Below are positions 16,768 to 25,890 of a stretch of 64,000 bases of DNA, one piece after another. The stretch comes from Vampirovibrionaceae bacterium NZW_1234 (GTDB lineage: Bacteria > Cyanobacteriota > Vampirovibrionia > Vampirovibrionales > JAGQHJ01), in the NCBI GenBank assembly GCA_041697335.1, contig JBGUGD010000035.1, positions 64,001-128,000 on the forward strand, in the 5' to 3' direction. The translations under genes and the position numbers were made by a program. Positions within the stretch are counted from its first letter, which is position 1. Every line of letters begins with the position of its first letter. The notes beneath the pieces were generated by a model. The model saw nothing but the letters and a program-made list of their open reading frames with translations, had not been told where the DNA came from and ran no database searches.

Positions 16768-17999
16768 GCTCTCCCCCATCGGTTAATTTCCAGGATGTCA
16801 CGACCCGGGTTCGCATTAATCCGGATACCTACCTGAAATTTGAAGACGGCGATCAAGTGACGCTACAACATATGTACAGCGACCAAAGTGTTCGCATTAA
16901 ATATGACATCATGCTCATTCTCTACCCCATGGTCCAGTGGGTCACGGTTGGGGAATTGTGTGAAGGCTGGCCCCCGGAAGATCAGGTCAAAATCAAAGAT
17001 CACCTGCAGATGCTCCACCAAAGCAAGATTATTCTGACCGAGCAGGACGAGTTGCCCGAACAGAGCCAAAGCAACTTGCCCACCAACCTCGGCAAGGAAA
17101 TCACCATTAACATCGAAAACCACCATGTTATGCTGCGCGACAGCATTCGCATGGCCTGTTACCAACGCGCCATTGAAAAAGCCGTCAACGCCAATAGCAT
17201 TGTGGTGGATTTAGGGGCAGGCTCCGGCATCTTATCCTTCTTTTCCGCTCGAGCCGGTGCCCAAAAAATCTATGCCATCGAAAAGCGCCCGGATATGGTG
17301 ATGGTGGCCAAGGAACTGGCCAAAGCCAATGGGTTTGAGCATCAAATTACGTTTATTGAAAACAGCTCCCATCTGGTCAAGGCCGAAGAACTGGACCCCA
17401 AGCCCACGGTCCTGGTTTCTGAAATCCTTGGAAACGCGATTCTCGAAGAGCACATCCTGGAATTTACCATGGATGCCCGGGATCGTTTTCTGGCTCCTGG
17501 GGGCAAACTGATCCCGGCCGCCGTCGATATCCTGGTCGTTCCCTTTGACAGTGGCCCGCCGTTGGATCGGACCCTGGAAGTAGATGAGCTGTCCATGATT
17601 TACGGCTTTAATTTTGACATTATGAAAACGGTTCTGGCCCAAAAACCCACCATGAAGCTGGAGCGCTTTAACCCAATGGCCTACCCCATTGTTGCCGATC
17701 CGGTATGCGCCATTTCCTTAGACCTCTACAGCATTCAGTCGCCGAAATTTCAAAGTTCCTTCTCGTTTACAGCCAAGGAAGACGGCTTTGTCAACGGGTT
17801 TTGTGCCTTCTTCAGAGCCAAAATGGACGACGACAATGTGCTGACCAACTCACCCTGGGCGCCCCCGACACACTGGACCCAGATGGTTTTTCACTTCCCC
17901 GACCGACGCCCCGTCAAAGCCAACGAGAGTTATGAGATGGAAATGCGCTATGATGGTGGCCTGAGCCTATGGTTCAAAGCCGACTACAACAACGACTAA
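16758..17999 (+). CDS. SAM-dependent methyltransferase of the protein-arginine methyltransferase (PRMT) type
   Basis: H.VMLRD..R..CY, VVDLGAGSGILS, double-E loop SEILGNAILEE and THW loop (PPTHWTQ). Confidence 0.85.
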   Translation: MVLSSPPSVNFQDVTTRVRINPDTYLKFEDGDQVTLQHMYSDQSVRIKYDIMLILYPMVQWVTVGELCEGWPPEDQVKIKDHLQMLHQSKIILTEQDELPEQSQSNLPTNLGKEITINIENHHVMLRDSIRMACYQRAIEKAVNANSIVVDLGAGSGILSFFSARAGAQKIYAIEKRPDMVMVAKELAKANGFEHQITFIENSSHLVKAEELDPKPTVLVSEILGNAILEEHILEFTMDARDRFLAPGGKLIPAAVDILVVPFDSGPPLDRTLEVDELSMIYGFNFDIMKTVLAQKPTMKLERFNPMAYPIVADPVCAISLDLYSIQSPKFQSSFSFTAKEDGFVNGFCAFFRAKMDDDNVLTNSPWAPPTHWTQMVFHFPDRRPVKANESYEMEMRYDGGLSLWFKADYNND

Positions 18000-18120
18000 T
18001 ACGCTGACACCATTGCCCTGTTTTTCTGGCATCAAAGCGGCTAGCAACATTTTGCCTTGACCGGGTTTTATCCTGCACGACCCACCCCAGCAAGCGTGTT
18101 TTAGTGAGGAGCCCAAAAGC

Positions 18121-19329
18121 GTGATGCCTTCCACCGGTATTAACCCCGCTGTGATTGACCGAAACAGCCGCGCCATGCAAGCTGGAACATTGCGCGCCTT
18201 GGCAAGCAAAGCACACCTGGCCCCTATCGTTACAAACGCGGATCAGACACGGTTTGGGTTCCAACGCCCTATCTCGGAACTACCAACCCCAGCCATCACA
18301 TCACTCAGTGCTTATTTGGGCCGTCCATGGCCAGCAGCTCCGACAGTTCCCGTGGCCGTTGTCGATTTAGGCAGTCATGCCGCCAAGATGTCCGTCGTCA
18401 AACCCAATGGCCAAGTCCAGATTTACCACTACAGTGTACTATTGGGCAGCAACCTGGGCGCAACCGGCAAAATCGGGGATTCGGGTAAACAAAGCCTGTT
18501 AAACGCATTGAACGCTTTTGGCACAATTCTTGAGCAACAAGGCGTTTCACCCCGCCAGGTCATGGGCGTGGCCACCGCCTGGGCCAGAGATGCCCAGAAC
18601 AGCAAGGAAATGCGTCAAATTTTAAACGACTCAGGCCTCAACATTCGGGTCATTCCCGGGACAACCGAAGCCCTGTTGGCCTTCAAAGCCACCCTCCGCA
18701 ATCAACCTTTAGAGCCCCAGGAAAAAGTCGTGGTCCTCGAAATGGGGGGCGGCAGTTCTGAACTGTGCTTTGGAACAGGGCACCAGTTTGACGAACAATT
18801 ATCCGACGAGATACCCTTGGGCTTAAGTCGCCTGAACCTCCATAACCCCTTTGATCCCAATGCCCTGGCTCAGGCCCGGGCCAAGATCCGGCACATCCTC
18901 ACCACGGAAATGCCGGAAAAGACACGCCAGAACGCCCAGGGCCGGCGTCTGTTCATTGAAACCTTTGAGCTGCAACAGAAGATTCTCCAGGGTGTCAAAG
19001 ACGACTTGGGCTTGAATACCTCAAGCGATGCCCCCTTAACCCAAGAGCATCTTGGCTATCTCTTACGACCGGAGCATTTGCCCCTGTTCCAGAAACATGC
19101 ACTTCTAATCGGCCAACAATTGGCGGCCACGCCAGACACCCCCACGGATCAGGATGGTGACATCATCCGTGGTGTTTACAACAGCGCCAAGAACACTATC
19201 CGGTCCCTTCTGGTGATTCAGAGCCTGTTGGAATACCTCAATCTGCCCCAAGCCGAATACGGAGCCCCGGGTGGAATGAGTACCACCTTGCTGTTAGGGC
19301 AGTTGGCCAAAGCCACACAACCGGCTTAG
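18121..19329 (+). CDS. Ppx/GppA-like phosphatase (ASKHA fold) with N-terminal extension
   Basis: VVDLGSH, VATAWARDAQN, GTTEA and EMGGGSSEL. Confidence 0.75.
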   Translation: MMPSTGINPAVIDRNSRAMQAGTLRALASKAHLAPIVTNADQTRFGFQRPISELPTPAITSLSAYLGRPWPAAPTVPVAVVDLGSHAAKMSVVKPNGQVQIYHYSVLLGSNLGATGKIGDSGKQSLLNALNAFGTILEQQGVSPRQVMGVATAWARDAQNSKEMRQILNDSGLNIRVIPGTTEALLAFKATLRNQPLEPQEKVVVLEMGGGSSELCFGTGHQFDEQLSDEIPLGLSRLNLHNPFDPNALAQARAKIRHILTTEMPEKTRQNAQGRRLFIETFELQQKILQGVKDDLGLNTSSDAPLTQEHLGYLLRPEHLPLFQKHALLIGQQLAATPDTPTDQDGDIIRGVYNSAKNTIRSLLVIQSLLEYLNLPQAEYGAPGGMSTTLLLGQLAKATQPA

Positions 19330-19691
19330 CGTTGCGTTTCCAAAGCCTGCAAACAGGCGATGACCTGGGCCAGCTCAGGCGGGGCGGATCCCCCTTCTTC
19401 AGCATAACGGGTCACAAAATCCCGAGTGGCGTCCATTAAATCTTTTACCGGCACCTGCGGGGATAGGGCCTGAACAAACGCGCCAACCTGAAGGCTCTCG
19501 ATCCCAAAATGCTGGCTTAAAAGCTCAACCAGTCGTTGTTTCACCAGGCTTGCCTCGTTCATGGGCCCCAAGGGCAGGCCTTGGGAAGCTAAATCCACAT
19601 TAGAGGAGGCTTTAGCACGCATCCATGGAGTCATCTCATCTTGCTGGGTTTGCTGAATCACCCGTTTTAAGCCGACAAATGGGGTCGACAT
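19326..19691 (-). CDS. Hypothetical protein
   Basis: 121-aa ORF with GGAGG SD. Confidence 0.65.
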   Translation of the reverse strand: MSTPFVGLKRVIQQTQQDEMTPWMRAKASSNVDLASQGLPLGPMNEASLVKQRLVELLSQHFGIESLQVGAFVQALSPQVPVKDLMDATRDFVTRYAEEGGSAPPELAQVIACLQALETQR

Positions 19692-19743
19692 GGAAACATC
19701 CTCCCTCTATCCCCGGGTCAAAGCCCGGTGTCTACCTTGCGGG

Positions 19744-20307
19744 TTAAATTTTCATAATTTCCTGTTCTTTTTCGGTAATGATCTTCTCCAGCTGGCCTGT
19801 GTAGCGGTCGGTCAGTTTTTGAATCTCATCCAACTGGCGTTTCACCTCATCTTCAGGCATGCTGGCTTCTTTTTCGAGCTTTTTGACCGCATCAGTGGCA
19901 TCCCGGCGCACGTTACGAATGGCGACTTTGCCTTCTTCACCGTATTTTTTCACCAGCTTAACCAGCTCTTTACGCCGATCTTCGGTCAAGGGCGGAATAT
20001 TCAGGCGAATAGCACTGCCGTCGTTGTTGGGGGTCAGCCCCAGATCGGACTTGGAAATGGCTTTTTCAATCTCCGCCATGGACGATTTGTCATAAGGCTG
20101 GATCAACAAGGTCTGGCCATCGGGAACCGAAATGTTGGACATCTGCTTAAGGGGGGTCGGGGTGCCATAGTAGTCCACGGAAACCCGATCCAGAATCTGC
20201 GGGTTGGCACGACCCGTGCGCACCGCAGCGAGTTCATTTTGAGTGGCATTAATGGCCTTTTTCATGCGATCTTCCGCGTCCTGGTGAATTTGTTCAATGG
20301 TCGGCAT
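19744..20307 (-). CDS. frr: Ribosome recycling factor
   Basis: RTGRANP, VDYYG, PPLTEDRRKELVK and AIRNVRRDA; AGGAG SD before ATG 20307. Confidence 0.98.
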   Translation of the reverse strand: MPTIEQIHQDAEDRMKKAINATQNELAAVRTGRANPQILDRVSVDYYGTPTPLKQMSNISVPDGQTLLIQPYDKSSMAEIEKAISKSDLGLTPNNDGSAIRLNIPPLTEDRRKELVKLVKKYGEEGKVAIRNVRRDATDAVKKLEKEASMPEDEVKRQLDEIQKLTDRYTGQLEKIITEKEQEIMKI

Positions 20308-20413
20308 GGCAGTCACTCCTTCACGCATGCTAGGGATACTCTGTGTGTTTATCTTAAAACCACCGGTGGTTCATCGCAACCGCTTATTTCAGTTTCTTGG
20401 CAAATTCATGGCC

Positions 20414-20444
20414 AAACCCGCCCCGGCTTTACCAGGGCGGGTTT
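20414..20444 (-). terminator. Hairpin/terminator after the speD pair
   Basis: AAACCCGCCC...GGGCGGGTTT inverted repeat. Confidence 0.55.
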
Positions 20445-20465
20445 AAACCGAAGTTGCTGAATTTT

Positions 20466-20942
20466 TCAGGACGCCATCATCACTGAAGACACACCGGTCA
20501 CAGCCTGAATGGGACTTTTTGGGGCTTCCAGGTGTGCCTCGCGTTCGTTACGCGGGAAACCGGCGCCACGGATGGTAAAATGCACGTCCGCATCTTTGAC
20601 TTCGAACGCCTCCAGCACATACCGTTGGGTCGCCTCCACATCAAACGGCTTGCAGCTGAAGAGATCGAAGAAAAAGTAGTCCTTTTGCGTAAACGAGTGA
20701 AAGGACAAATGGGACTCGGCAATCACCACCACCCCGGTAATCCCTTCATCTTCCGGTACCAGGCCGGAATAGGGGAAGACATAGGGCTGAATAATTTTGG
20801 TCATCCCGACTTTTTCCGGCAAGGTGTTCAGAAAATCGAAGATATAGCGTAAATCCGATATTTTCCCAGGGTGACACTGACGACAATCCAGCATCAAATG
20901 GGGCCCCATGGCGTTGGCCAAAGCAGTCGAATGTCTCATCAT
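20466..20942 (-). CDS. Pyruvoyl-dependent decarboxylase proenzyme, divergent SpeD family paralogue
   Basis: GPHLMLD, GITGVVVIAESHLSFH and DLFSCKPFD. Confidence 0.85.
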   Translation of the reverse strand: MMRHSTALANAMGPHLMLDCRQCHPGKISDLRYIFDFLNTLPEKVGMTKIIQPYVFPYSGLVPEDEGITGVVVIAESHLSFHSFTQKDYFFFDLFSCKPFDVEATQRYVLEAFEVKDADVHFTIRGAGFPRNEREAHLEAPKSPIQAVTGVSSVMMAS

Positions 20943-20945
20943 GGG

Positions 20946-21362
20946 TCAGCCCTCCTTTCCGGCAGGAATTGCCGTTTTTACTGCAGGTGGCGACAAGCGG
21001 TCCAGAATGCGATTGAGATCGCCGCGTTCGACATGCTGGATATCAGCCGCTTCAGCGCTAAATCCATCCTTTAAGACCCGATACGCGACCATTTGCTGAA
21101 TAGTATCCCCACAGGTATATAAATCAATGGACGCATAGCGGTATTCCGGCCAGGTATGAATGGCCAGATGGGATTCGGCAATCACCACCACGCCGCTGAT
21201 ACCGTGCGGCTGGAACCGATGAAACGTTGACTGGACAATAGTAGCCCCGCAATCCCGGGCAGCCTGGTTCATGATCTCTTCCACATAAGGCAAATCGTCC
21301 AGGGCCTTGGGATCACAATTATAAAATTCAAGCAACATGTGCTGACCAAGCGTTTGTTTCAT
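20946..21362 (-). CDS. speD: S-adenosylmethionine decarboxylase proenzyme
   Basis: LGQHMLLEFYNC, GISGVVVIAESHLAIHTWPE and DLYTCG. Confidence 0.93.
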   Translation of the reverse strand: MKQTLGQHMLLEFYNCDPKALDDLPYVEEIMNQAARDCGATIVQSTFHRFQPHGISGVVVIAESHLAIHTWPEYRYASIDLYTCGDTIQQMVAYRVLKDGFSAEAADIQHVERGDLNRILDRLSPPAVKTAIPAGKEG

Positions 21363-21492
21363 GACGCAATCCTCCGTATGACGTTGTAAGACTGACCTTC
21401 ATCGGAGCTTTTGCTTCACGCGGTTCTCGATACTCCCCTGATTCCGTGGGACACATGGAATGCAACTTCCATGCTTTCCCAGGGTTTCAAGT

Positions 21493-21858
21493 TTAGAGAA
21501 TCGGCGCGGCAAAAGCCAGGCTCATCCTGCCTGAGCTGTCGTCACCGGATTTATTGCTATCAAAGGCAAAGCGCAAGAGAAAGGTCCGAAAAAACCGACA
21601 GGAATCTTCGGCCGAAAACACGCCATTTAAAAACTCGCTAAGATGGGAGCTGACCATACTTTTGGTCCGTGCTTGCAGGGTGTGGATATAACGCCGAACA
21701 GAAACCCGTTGAGGTTCACCACGCTCAACTTGTGCGGTCTGTTGAAGGGTTTGATAGAATCGCTGTGACATTGGCCACGTATCTCCATCATCCATCGACG
21801 TCATCTGTGTCCACGGAAAACCGTTTCTGAAGTATGACACAGATTTGCCATCGGACAC
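21493..21858 (-). CDS. Hypothetical protein
   Basis: 121-aa ORF; no motif recognised. Confidence 0.5.
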   Translation of the reverse strand: MSDGKSVSYFRNGFPWTQMTSMDDGDTWPMSQRFYQTLQQTAQVERGEPQRVSVRRYIHTLQARTKSMVSSHLSEFLNGVFSAEDSCRFFRTFLLRFAFDSNKSGDDSSGRMSLAFAAPIL

Positions 21859-21941
21859 CCACCTATTTATATTACCCTAATATTTTCCTTTCCAGTCCGT
21901 TTTTAGCTCACGTGCACTATCCCCAAAACCTAGTGCCTGCC

Positions 21942-21976
21942 AAAAGGAAAGGACCTCTAACAGGCAAGAGGTCCTC
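21942..21976 (-). terminator. Intrinsic terminator
   Basis: AGGACCTCT-TGCCTGTT-AGAGGTCCT followed by TTCCTTTT on the minus strand. Confidence 0.7.
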
Positions 21977-22228
21977 ATGGGAGGGGCAACTCATTCGATC
22001 GCTATGGATCTGTAATGTTTCTTCCTCCCGAACAACACACAAGTGAACCAAGGTTCAAGGTTTCCCAAAGTCCTACTGGCTGTGAAAGTTGAGATTTACC
22101 CTCTCACAGTACGCGTATTACCCGGCCAACCTTGAAAAAACGATGTGCTTACCACCTCCGCTCGTCAACCCACCGGCCTTTGCCGGGGTAACCTACATCC
22201 AACCTCATCAATCATCCCGCTTTGGGAC
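21942..22228 (-). ncRNA. Unidentified structured RNA of ~285 nt (6S-like rod, leader or novel sRNA)
   Basis: Bounded by a sigma70 promoter and a terminator, with no credible ORF. Nested stems TCCCAAAG/CTTTGGGA, TTACCCCGGC/GCCGGGTAA and CTGTGAGAG/CTTTCACAG. Confidence 0.6.
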
Positions 22229-22234
22229 AGAACA

Positions 22235-22263
22235 ATACTACTAAAGATTAAATAAACATGCAA
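22235..22263 (-). promoter_or_regulatory. Sigma70-like promoter of the candidate ncRNA
   Basis: TTGCAT-N17-TAGTAT; predicted +1 G at 22228. Confidence 0.65.
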
Positions 22264-22382
22264 TGAATATGAAAGAAGTGTAACATTTTGCACCCCTGGA
22301 ACGACCTTCCCTTTCCCTTAACCCCGCGCGATACTGTGGAAAGCTGACAATATCAGCAATCCCCCCCGAAGAGGATGTCCTG

Positions 22383-22604
22383 ATGCCTGACACAACCCCT
22401 GATATTCGCCCCCTCGATCCCGGCGTGTATTCCTGGTGTACCTGCGGTTTTACACGTGAAGAACCTTTTTGCGATGGGGCTCATATCGGCAAGGGCATGT
22501 GCCCTATGACCTTCACCCTGGAGGAATCCAGGACCGTGGCCCTATGCCGCTGCAAAAAAACCAGGACCCCACCCTATTGTGACGGCAGCCACCAGGGCCG
22601 CTAA
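22383..22604 (+). CDS. CDGSH iron-sulfur domain protein (two motifs, MiNT/CISD3-like)
   Basis: CTCG...PFCDGAH and CRC...PYCDGSH. Confidence 0.9.
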   Translation: MPDTTPDIRPLDPGVYSWCTCGFTREEPFCDGAHIGKGMCPMTFTLEESRTVALCRCKKTRTPPYCDGSHQGR

Positions 22605-22930
22605 AAAGGCCACCAGTGGCCATAAAGCACATAATGGAACACAAGCACCCCACAAACTGCGATGATCAGCGCAAAACTACCCAAGTGAACCCGTTTGTCC
22701 ATCCACAGACTGACAAGAATCAAACCGCCAAACAAGGCTGCCCCCACCCCCATCATATTAAGCAAACTCTGCCCATATTGCGTTAAAAATCCACTAGGCG
22801 CCATTAACACCGATTCAACAACGGTTTGCAGGACGAGAGCCATCATGACAACCAAGACTTCTATCTCAAGAAACCCCATTCCAGAGGCATCACTATCGGG
22901 ACCTTCATGGGTTTTATCGGCACGACGCAT
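22601..22930 (-). CDS. Hypothetical membrane protein (~3 TM)
   Basis: Hydrophobic segments; start uncertain. Confidence 0.5.
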   Translation of the reverse strand: MRRADKTHEGPDSDASGMGFLEIEVLVVMMALVLQTVVESVLMAPSGFLTQYGQSLLNMMGVGAALFGGLILVSLWMDKRVHLGSFALIIAVCGVLVFHYVLYGHWWPF

Positions 22931-23036
22931 TTCGGACTTGATGGCCGAGACTCCTTTGCATCGCCACAAAAAAATGCCGCCAAGAGCCATTCTTAGCGGC
23001 ATTCAGATGGGGTTAGACTGTACTTCGGTTTTAAAT

Positions 23037-23774
23037 TTAGCGTTGTGCCAGGGTTGATGAAGGCCCAATGCTTGCAATTTGCTGCTTTACTACATTGATG
23101 GGAACCGCAAAGCTCACACCCGCGCTACTAGCCCCCACCGGGTTGATAATGGAGCGATTAATACCAATTAACTCGCCGCGAATATTGAGCAACGGCCCAC
23201 CGGAATTCCCCGGATTGATGGCTGCATCGGTCTGAATCATATTACGCGTCCTATCAATACGACTCACAATCCCTGTCGTCAACGTCCCGTCCAGGCCAAA
23301 CGGACTGCCAATAGCCAAGACTCTTTGGCCGACTCGCACCAGGCCGGAATCACCCATCTTGGCTGTGGGGTAGGGCCCTCGACCATTGAGACGCAAGAAT
23401 GCCAAATCTTTATTGTCTAATCCCAGGGCAACCACACGAGCCTGCTGGAAACGATCATCGGCCAATTTGACAGTCACGGTCTTGGCATCCAAGACCACAT
23501 GCTTGTTCGTCACAACCAAGCCATCGGACGTCAGAATCACGCCGGCGCCCTGGTTTTTGCCGGAGTTAATCCCGACCACGGCCGGGGCATTTCGCTCATA
23601 AACGGCAATATTTGCTTGCTCTTCGGCACTGACGGAAACCGGAATTTCTGAGGGGGCCTGCTCCAAGGCAGCCGTTGATTTTGACATAGGAGTCAAAACC
23701 ATTAAGTTTAAAGCCATCGCAGGAGCCAAGCTCAACAACAACCATTTCCGGGTGGACAAAATCGGACTCTTCAA
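23037..23774 (-). CDS. Trypsin-like serine protease (HtrA/S1C type, no PDZ domain), exported
   Basis: TNKHVV, DLA and IQTDAAINPGNSGGPL; N-terminal signal. Confidence 0.92.
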   Translation of the reverse strand: MKSPILSTRKWLLLSLAPAMALNLMVLTPMSKSTAALEQAPSEIPVSVSAEEQANIAVYERNAPAVVGINSGKNQGAGVILTSDGLVVTNKHVVLDAKTVTVKLADDRFQQARVVALGLDNKDLAFLRLNGRGPYPTAKMGDSGLVRVGQRVLAIGSPFGLDGTLTTGIVSRIDRTRNMIQTDAAINPGNSGGPLLNIRGELIGINRSIINPVGASSAGVSFAVPINVVKQQIASIGPSSTLAQR

Positions 23775-24030
23775 CCTTCACTACCTCTTCTACTGTGGGA
23801 CTCTATCATAGGCACTTGGATTATAGCAGACGATGCTTGAAAAGTGTCCACACTCTAAGTGAACAAATCATCGCCAAACATCTTCCCTCACGAGATCGGA
23901 TCAATGCCGCACCAATACAACTTCGTGTATCCATGACATTTTCCAGGACATATATTAAGATTTGTAACAAACCCCGTCTTGATTTCCAAAAGACAGTTGC
24001 GGATTCGATTGGACGCGTTAGACTAAATAC

Positions 24031-24150
24031 TACTAACTGAAGTAAGTAACATCAGTTGTCCCGCATACACTAAGTTTCTTTTAAGTTTTCCCCCTCACTC
24101 CCAACCTAAAATATCAATCCCCTCCAACACGATTGGAGGGTTCTTTTTTT
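24031..24150 (+). ncRNA. Candidate ~120-nt sRNA
   Basis: TTGCGG-N16-TAGACT upstream, 5' hairpin AACTGA/TCAGTT, a C-rich linker and a strong terminator. Confidence 0.4.
24120..24150 (+). terminator. Intrinsic terminator
   Basis: CCCTCCAA-CACGA-TTGGAGGG followed by TTCTTTTTTT. Confidence 0.75.
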
Positions 24151-24332
24151 GGAGCGTTTTCAGTAAATCATGGTTGGGTGACACAAGGATGGCATGGCTG
24201 AGAACGCCACTTCAGTCGCCTTCGATTTGTCGAAGTCCTGCTTTTCTGTTACCGTCCATACAGTCACCTGGATTGTTCGGGTCTGTCCCTCGTCGTTTCC
24301 AAGTCCAAAGAACGCTGAAAGGATCGCTGCAG

Positions 24333-24710
24333 ATGAAATCCGTTAAAACGTTTTATTGGCTTCCCAAGTGCACCACATGTCAACGGGCCGAGCAGTTTCT
24401 GCTGGATCATGGCATTACCATTGACACTTATGTCGACGTAAAAACCGAAGCCGTGGATAAGGCGACCCTTCAACAACTCGCCGAAGCCTTAGGCGGTGTC
24501 GACAAACTGTTTTCTAAACGTGCATTGAAGTACCGGGCCCTTGGTCTCCATGAACAAACCCTCAGTGATGCGGATATGCTGGACTGGATGGCAAAAGAAT
24601 ACACGTTTATTAAGCGTCCCGTTCTTGTTACCGATGAAGGCCAGGTTTTATCCGGGTTTGTTCCTAAACAATACAAGACCCTGGTTGCCCAAGCGACCCC
24701 CAGCGCCTGA
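24333..24710 (+). CDS. ArsC/Spx/YffB family protein
   Basis: PKCTTCQRA and FIKRPVL; start moved to ATG 24333. Confidence 0.88.
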   Translation: MKSVKTFYWLPKCTTCQRAEQFLLDHGITIDTYVDVKTEAVDKATLQQLAEALGGVDKLFSKRALKYRALGLHEQTLSDADMLDWMAKEYTFIKRPVLVTDEGQVLSGFVPKQYKTLVAQATPSA

Positions 24711-24835
24711 TTTCAATTTTGATTCTTTTTTTGCCGTTTCCCACGGCCGCTTGCGTGTGATTCCCCTTCATGATTTCATCGAAGGAGCGATATGCTTTGC
24801 ATGCATTCCATCGATATCGGGGGAGCTTCTATCTG

Positions 24836-25732
24836 ATGTTTCACATTCACACATCGCCCACTATAAGCAACACTCGTGTTGCTTTCTCCAAACGTACCCG
24901 GCCAACCTCAACGTCGGTCTTTAAAACCACACCGGCAAGCAGCCCTCACGCGCCTCGCTTTGCCAGCAGCCATGCTAGCGCCAAACTTTTGGGCGCCTAT
25001 ATTTTCGGCATCGGCTCAGCCCTCCTGGGTGTGCACCTGACACAACCCTCCCCGGTACAAACGCCTGCGCGCCAAACCGCCAACACCCCGACAGAAACGA
25101 TTCCTTCCGGCATGGTGGTGGAAGCCAAAACACCCGGACTGTTTAAACTGGATCTGCAACGAAACGAGCTTGAATTCCTGGAAGCCTACACTCATCGAGC
25201 CGATACGGTTCTAAGTTACCTGGAAGCTCTGCACCAGGATATCCAAGAGACCACGGCAGTAACCGAAGACTTTAAAGCCGGTGTTGTCGAACGATTGTCT
25301 CGGTTTAAGTCCCTGAAAAGCCAAATTTCACCCAGAACCCGGGCTGTTCTTGAGAACTGGAAGTATGACGACCGAGCCTCGTTCGATCCCGAGCAGCAGA
25401 AGGCCTTGGCGGAGTATATTATCCAAGTCGGAGCCAAAGGCCATCGGGAACTGACCTTTATTGGGCTCACCGCCCATCCCGACGATCAGCGTTTCTTACG
25501 CGACAACCTCTGGCAAACCCACAGCGGCTTTGTCTCCCCGCTTTATCGGGGGCTACCCCATGACAGCTTGGCTATGCTTCAGCTGCGGGTTACCCGCTAT
25601 AACAAAGTGGCCCCTGCCCCGTACCAAAGCTTAATCGGCTGGGACTATACCCAGGACATTGAAGAAACCGTCCTCAAGGATAAAGTCTTTGGCGGCCTCC
25701 GCCAGGACTGGCCCAAGATGTACCTGCCCTAG
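24836..25732 (+). CDS. Hypothetical protein with one TM helix and a low-complexity N-terminus
   Basis: Long ORF; GGGGAG SD before ATG 24836. Confidence 0.7.
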   Translation: MFHIHTSPTISNTRVAFSKRTRPTSTSVFKTTPASSPHAPRFASSHASAKLLGAYIFGIGSALLGVHLTQPSPVQTPARQTANTPTETIPSGMVVEAKTPGLFKLDLQRNELEFLEAYTHRADTVLSYLEALHQDIQETTAVTEDFKAGVVERLSRFKSLKSQISPRTRAVLENWKYDDRASFDPEQQKALAEYIIQVGAKGHRELTFIGLTAHPDDQRFLRDNLWQTHSGFVSPLYRGLPHDSLAMLQLRVTRYNKVAPAPYQSLIGWDYTQDIEETVLKDKVFGGLRQDWPKMYLP

Positions 25733-25890
25733 GCAATCTTGCCTGAAGCTACCCGTTTCAGGGATTTCCGAGGCGAAAGATACGTGCAGAGAAATGCCAT
25801 ATATCTTTACTTGAATTTGGCCCTTGGCGGGCTAAGATAGAGCCATTCCATTGTCCGTTTGACTGTGTCCCCCAACCTCGAGGAACCCCA

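Noticed and set aside
19690..20460. 256-aa plus-strand ORF
   Set aside because: Antisense shadow of frr.
21363..21490. SAM riboswitch in the speD leader
   Set aside because: No SAM-I or SAM-II consensus elements were recognisable.
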